Assembly: GCA_964106645.2 (NCBI GenBank) | Contig: OZ067038.1 | Length of the DNA stretch: 64,000 bases | Reading direction: 5' to 3' (one strand) | DNA from: Podarcis pityusensis | Taxonomy: Eukaryota | Shown: piece after piece, positions 57,190 to 64,000 of the stretch | How positions within the stretch are numbered: the stretch's first letter is position 1 | Layout: each line of letters starts with the position of its first letter | Position numbers and translations under genes: made by a program | Notes under the pieces: model-generated | What the model was told of the DNA's origin: nothing | Seen by the model: the letters and a program-made list of their open reading frames with translations, nothing else | The model's database searches: none

Positions 57190-57639
57190 TATTTGAATAA
57201 TTTTAGTACAAGTACCTTCTATTTAAAAATTTGGAAGTCCTTGCTTAGCCAAAGCCAAAAAAACCAGGATTTTTTATACCAGATTGCAGACAGTCCCAAA
57301 GTTCTTCAGAGTTTTTGGAGCAGCTTGCAAGGTGGTATAGGGGCTATAGCCAGAAGGGATCACGTGAGGAGCCTTATGATGTGTATGGTAACTCTGTATG
57401 GTCCCTTGGATCCAGCCAGGCTACAGTCTTTTGTCAGAGAAACCAGGCAATCAGTAGAATAAGAAGGTTGTATACAAATTACACATATTTGCATAAAATT
57501 CTGATAGCAAGGCCTTTGAGACTTCTGTGACTACTTTGGAGTAGTTAGATATTGTTTGTGGGTGGAAGAAAAGATGGATGATTGAAACAGGGAAAGGACT
57601 CGGCTGTAACTGCCTCTTACTGCTCAATATCCTTAATCA

Positions 57640-58600
57640 ATCAGGACTCGAAGAACTTTACAGCTGTCTTAACTGACAGAATGGACAACATTATCACCCA
57701 GTACATCCACTCTGATCAAATGGAATTCATCCCATGATGACACCTGGTGGACAAAGTGTTACATGGGCTAGATGTTGCATACAAGGCAAGACACATTTTG
57801 AACATCTTATCCCCCAACACTGAGAAAGCATTTGATTGTATCGAATGGCTATGCCTCAAGTATTTCCTTCTCGAGATGAATTCCAGTCCTAATTCCTCCA
57901 GGGACATTCAGGCATTATCAACATCCTTAGGGGCTGTGTCTGTAGACAACCTGGACTTCTATCATACTCATTTCAAAAGAGAACTAGATTTGGCTGTCTG
58001 CTGCGTCTGTTGCTATATATCCTGACAATGGAATCCTTAGCCTGTGCTGTGTGGATGAACAAAATGATCCAAGTGTAACTAAACACAGCATAAAGCGGTG
58101 ATTATCTCTGATAATATCTCAGCAGCTCAAATTACATCTCGTAACCAGTGTGAGCTTGACACATTTGAAAAAGCCAACTGTCAAAAGTCTGATATGATAA
58201 ATATAAACTTGACCTATAAAATTATTTTGTGCAGCTCACTAAGCCATGGCATCACCTTGGGATCTTTCTGTCATCCTTCTGTCTACCTATTATACATTCA
58301 ACTACCAACCACTTTCTAATCAGCTTTACAAATGCATGCAAAAATGGTATTCTGACTTCTTATGGCTCACCAGGACAGCGGTTGTGTGAATGAATGAATG
58401 TCTAGAATCCTTCCTCCCTCCCCAAACAATTGCACTTTATCTGTCACCACCAAGTCTTAAGCATAAACCATGACTGAAGCAATTTCACATTCAATAGACC
58501 TATGGTTAAAAAAAGTTTGACAGTTCCAGCCCTGGACTTTATATTTTGCTGCAGCTCTCCCATATGGTTGCATCATCAGTGGACACAAATACAACATGCT
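57640..58600 (+). mobile_element. Old degenerate L1-type ORF2 (RT) fragment
   Basis: Broken-frame peptides IHSDQMEFIP and TEKAFDCIEW resemble L1 RT motifs (IHxDQxGF, DAEKAFD); many stops and frameshifts. Confidence 0.6.
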
Positions 58601-61600
58601 ACCAGAAACTATACACAGGATGTCTTGATTTGGAATGATCACAGGGATCGGCCTTGGTTCATACTTAGGCATCTCTTCCTTTAAGAATGCTCTGTTCATT
58701 GGGTCTGTTGAAGAGAGAATCACATTTTCGCCTGATCATCTTTTTCTGTATCATTCTGATTTAATCAATTCAAACAGCCTTATGGACTTCTCTTCCTGGA
58801 AAACAACAAAGATACATTGGATGACAGACTTAACATGTTGAAGAAAACTCCAGGGAACATGAAAAGAAAGTTGATTCACCATAGCTTTCTGTACAGTGGT
58901 GCAATTAAATCATTTTGGATCCTAGACTTAATTATCTTATGGGGGTGGGATCATTTTAAATGATAATATGCATTACTTCACTTGCTGCATTTGCGGGTCT
59001 TCCTGTTCCTTCTGCTGAGTGGGGCCCTAATGGCACCACTATTCCAACATGTCACTCTGCAAATATGCTACTTTCTCAGACAACCATAATTCAAGCAGAA
59101 TGCTGGAATCTCGTTAGCATCATTAGAATCCTATTTAAATGTCACAGTGCTCTCCTCCTTAGCTCTTACCATCTACCTGTTCCTTCTGACCCTTCTTCTG
59201 AAGGACATGCTTTTGTAGTTGGAGGTTTGTAAAGGATCTGCCCAGAACTTTAGATTGGCAAGGCACCTGTGTCTCATTTTTGTAGCATGAATATAAAGAA
59301 AACTCAGTTTAAAGATCTTAACAGAAAGTGTGTAACTGCAGCAAAGTTCCACTTAATCCATCTGAGCTATAGTCAGTTCGTCTAGTATGGCTGTGTCCAA
59401 ACTAGGACCTTTAAACACATTTTGTGGTTGCTCAACTCTTCTGCTAATTAATTGCAGAATTCTTTCAGGAGTTTATCCATTCTCAAGCAAATGATGACAT
59501 TATAACTATACTTCTTAACAACACAATTGTGGTTTTCTCTGCAAAGAGTAGCTGAAGCAACAGAACTATCTGAGAAGTGATGATTATGTGTAAATTTTGT
59601 CAATAGATGCTGCAGGCTAGAGATAGAGTCTAGAAAAAGAAGATTGTTGTTCTTATGGTGTATGTGCCAGATAGCCATCTTATTGTTACCAAATGCAAAA
59701 ACAGTTACATCCCTCTCCTCTCTAATGTTTTGGCTGCTTGCACCTCATTTTTCAGTTTGCCAACTTAGCTTGACAAACATCCTCTTTTCTTAGAGTTCAT
59801 TGATTGTGAATTTGACAGTCATTTCCACACACACACACCCCGCATCCTTGTACTGTAAATGTGCCTTAGTTTCAAGTTGCTTCTGTGTTTTTCTCCTTTC
59901 TTGTGTTGTGTGTCTCTTGTATATTTATCTAATATTTTTGAAAACTTTTACAAATAAAATTCATATTAGAAAAGCTCTGACAGACCAATAAAGCATGTGA
60001 TAAGTGGGGCTACTGTAGACTCAGACATCCTGATGTAGACTCAATGCTGTTTCAGACAGTTACTGAAGACTTGCCACAAATGCTTTTGCTTAATGCATGA
60101 TGACATGACAGTTACTTTTCTTGAGAACTCTGATCTAGCCCATCCTCATCCAGTAGATGGGGCTATAGTCATGCTGCTTTTTGCCCCCCTTTTAAAACCA
60201 TCACCAACAGCTGTGTCATCTGGTTCAAGGGTCAGGTAGCAAAGGGGTGCACAGGCAGAGGGGGAGTGATGTTGCACAGATGCCACATAAAAGTTGCCAG
60301 TAATACTCGGCAAATAAACTTTATAGCAACATATGCACTCTATGGGAGAAGCATCACATCTAATTGTGCACACACCCAGCGTTCAAAGCACTCCTCCTAA
60401 GAACCTTGGGAATGGTAGTATGTTAAGGCTGCTGGGAACTGTAGCCCTTTGAACTACTGTTCCCAATATCTTTCTCTCTTTCTTGCAGGGGTGATGGTGG
60501 GGATGTGCTTCAAATTTATGGTGTGTCAAGTACAGAATGTTGTACTTCTTTGAGGGCACATTAAATGCAATATTCCTACAACAAAAGCACTACTCTGGAG
60601 TCAAATCTGTGGACCGCATGCAAAATATATAGCAGGTGTGGCTAACTCCCAGCCCTGTGGCCTGATCTACATTCTCCATTTTTTTCTGCCAGTGTCAAAA
60701 AATGGGGGGGGGGGGGAGATATAAAGTAGACACATAGCATGGATAAGTTTAAACCTCTTGGTCTAGCCCAGCAGGTTGAAGATAGAAATGGCCCCTTCCC
60801 AGTCACTGGCTCAATCATTTGATGAGCAGGGAGAGAGTGAAACAGAAGTTAGTTAAAGAAAAGTTAGTTAAGAAGTTAGTTAAAGAAAAATGCTATTCTG
60901 TACTCCCCCTCCCAATCAGTTCTGCATTCCTAATTAAGTCTTTCTGGAAACTTGTGTTAACTAGCCACATTTGAATAAATGCACATACATTTCAATTGAA
61001 GATTGTCATTTTTTAAAAGGAGTTGCTGTACACTCATTCAGAGCAATGATCCTCATACTACACGTACACTAGATTATATTATGAATATCATAAATTCTCT
61101 GGGAGAGAGTTGCCCCACTCCCAAACAGCTCAGATCCTAAAACTGGGGATGCCAGGATTGAACCTTAGACTTGAGCATCAAATATATGCTCTGCATCTCA
61201 TTTTTGTGTTCTAGTTTGTTTTTAGTTTATAGTGCTGAATTATGATATTTCACCTCAGGACTAGGAGAATAGAGAGGAAATTAAGATGAGATATTAATAC
61301 ACAGTAAAGTTATAATTGTGTGGGACATTATCATCATAATCATCGTCATTATTTCCTGAACATTAGCCGCTGAAAATCCCACACAGACCTCCTCTCCTTT
61401 CTGGGTCTTTAATGTTGGGATTCTTATATCTATCTCCAGGTTCCAGAAATCTACAAACTGGTAAAACAAGAGGTGATATCCATGACATTCCAACCATTAG
61501 GCTTTTTTTTTCATGGCATAACCGTGGGTGTCTAAATTTCTGCATTGATTGATTGTCATGGTAATTTATGATCTAAGCTTAAGCTCCCTGCACTGCTAAA

Positions 61601-64000
61601 TATGACTGACTGCTACATCAGCATAAGGTGACAACATTTTCTGCTTACTGATGTCAGCAAAAGCAGCCTGCTGCTACTGACCTAGGAATTCCACTGAATA
61701 CCATTGATTCTGTGCCCTATTGTAGTCAGGACCATATACTGGGGAGGGAACTAGTGTCCAGACTCCATCTTTAATCCAGATGCCCTCTCTCAATCTGTGT
61801 CCAAGAGTTTACCCCTGCAGAATCAAAGTTTCTAGGTTACGGTATCCAACTCCACAACTTTATGCCTAGTAACGAACTTTTATATTCCTGGTTTTGTGTT
61901 TGTACTGGCAGCTGGCCTGAACTTTGCAAAAGCCATGCCACCTAAATGTCCAAGGCACTGGCATTAAGCTGGTGCTGCCCAAACGTTACTGTGCAGGTGC
62001 AGGGAAAAGCCCAATATAAGTGCTTAGGATCTGATCCTTTGGACCCTGATCATCTTGGGGATTCTGGAGGACTGGATTTGCTGAACTTAAGCCATTCTGG
62101 TGGTAATCAGAACATTGTATAGGAAAGGGTGGTGGCTTAGTGGTAGAGCACGCTGAGAGTTCACAGTTTAATCCTCATCAGCTCCAGGTACAGCTGGAAC
62201 ATTTACCTGGCTTTTAACACCCAGCCATCTTTCCTACCCTTCTCACCCAGTGAAGAGTTTGGTAGAACTTGAAAGCTTGCTTACTATTTTATGCCATTTT
62301 GACTGGCCTAATACAGATATTGCCATGCTGTGGATTTTGCAGTATTTCACAGTGTGTTTTAGATTAGCAAAGCTTATTTTTGTGACCTGAAAAGGAAGAT
62401 AAATAATACATGATGCTGCTTGTTCGGCTGGCTGTTTCTGCTGCTTGCACCGTAAAGCCGGCTCCATTTTCTTGTGATGCATTTTTTTAAAACAGAAAAT
62501 AGAGGTACTCCCCCACCCCAAACTGGGGTGTTGGTCAGGGACGGTCTACTTAAGAGCCAAGCAAAAGGAATATATGTGTAGGCTATTGGTGTACTCTGAG
62601 TTAAATTTGAGCCAACTGGATTTGAATTAGTGCATTTCTTTAACCTTGCAGCATAATGAGCTGCCAGGGGGATTGCTCCACTTAACAGCAGCCTTCGTTA
62701 CTTTCCAGTCCTTTGCTCTCAGTAATTTCTCCACAATCGCAAAGAATCTGTGTAGGTTTAACAAATCCTAAGCCAAGACTTTATTGAAGGTAGGCATTTT
62801 CACCTCCAACTTTCTTTGTGGTTCATAATGCATGTTTGCATGGAGCCGTATAAAAATATGCTCTTAATTTTTAACTCTGATTTTGGGCACATTATCTTTT
62901 TACTATTGTAAGTAGAGCTGCTATTCCGCCCCCCCCCTTCTTCCTGTGCCTTTAATAGCAGCCTGACATGCAGAAAGCTTGAAGATTAAGCTTTCCCTGT
63001 CACTTATCTTCATGCTAGGAACAGCATTTGCCAGCTAAATGTCTGCATATGAGGCTGCTATTAAAGGTATGCAGTAAGGCCGATGGAAAAGGGGGCTGAA
63101 ATTTGTGTGATATAAGTGATAATGGTTAAAAAACAACTTTTGACATTAAGAGCACCATTACTGGACAGCTGCTGTTGCAATTAATGTTATAACGTGTCAG
63201 GAGCTGTACACAATTGAGATTGTGCTTTTTCAAAGTTTAAGGAAAACATGGGGATTGATTGATTGATTGATTGATTTTTTGAAAATGAAGGGAATGGGCA
63301 AAAGCAAGCAGAGTGCGAAGATTTGTAATGGCACAAATGGACTTGTTTGTAACTTTATATATTAAAATGTTGGTACCGAAAGGCTTTCCAACAGCAGCAA
63401 TCACACTGTGACAGTGTATATGATGAATGTAGCATTTGTTGTGTTCAAGGAATGAAACATTAAAGCTTTTTAGAGAATTCTGATCCATTAATAATAAAAA
63501 AAGAAACACCACATATTATCCAGTACTGTAGAAATCACTAGGGGAGATGAGGTCCCCCACCCACCACCCGCTAATGCCAAAAGGAATGATTATTTTAGGG
63601 AGAGAATTAATAGGATCTTAATGAGCCTTACTCCCAGCGCATTGTTCACTTCACACTTGACAGCAGCTTTGTGGATCACAGTGTAGAATATGTCAACTGC
63701 TTACCAGGAGCCTTAATACACACACACACACTTTTTTTTAAAGTGAAAGATCATAATGTTTCCTCATTATTAAAATAACCACAGAATTAACTTTTGCCTC
63801 CAGGGAGAGACAGATGGCAGTTTGATGGCCTCATTTTTCCTTTCTTTCCTTTTTAGTAAGATTAATGTTTTATACTGACTGATGCAATCTATTATACTCT
63901 CTTCATACACTTCCTGTAACTGGAGCAGTAATAAGGGAAAATAGAAGCCCTCTTCTCTGTAAAACTTAATCTCTTTAAAGGTATTAGTTTCAAATACATC

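Noticed and set aside
54040-64000. Further TRIM66 exons (PHD-bromodomain)
   Set aside because: No ORF or splice-bounded segment with recognisable TRIM66 sequence found; treated as intron.

Overview
Vertebrate genomic DNA, most likely a lacertid/squamate lizard (inferred from Sauria-type SINE, BovB, CR1 and L2 repeats). It holds the last three coding exons of DENND2B/ST5 (+), a complete five-exon RPL27A (+) hosting an H/ACA snoRNA (SNORA3/ACA3 family), and the 5' half of TRIM66 (+; B-boxes, coiled coil, Q/P-rich region; remaining exons lie beyond the window). The main discovery lies between RPL27A and TRIM66: an inverted (- strand), coding-dead paralog of RPL27A at about 11295-12706. It keeps a CpG-rich promoter, a 5'TOP-like start, splice sites, a poly(A) signal and an intact second SNORA3 copy with structure-preserving substitutions. 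It looks like a ribosomal-protein gene converted into a non-coding snoRNA host gene, probably at the ancestral RPL27A position, head-to-head with TRIM66. Other points: a frameshifted RING-like remnant upstream of the TRIM66 ATG, a full-length young CR1 with an ORF1-ORF2 fusion frameshift, an internally deleted L1-type element with TSDs and a chimeric ORF, a solo LTR, Penelope-like hammerhead relics and several MITEs. All homology calls were made by eye and from memory; no searches were run.
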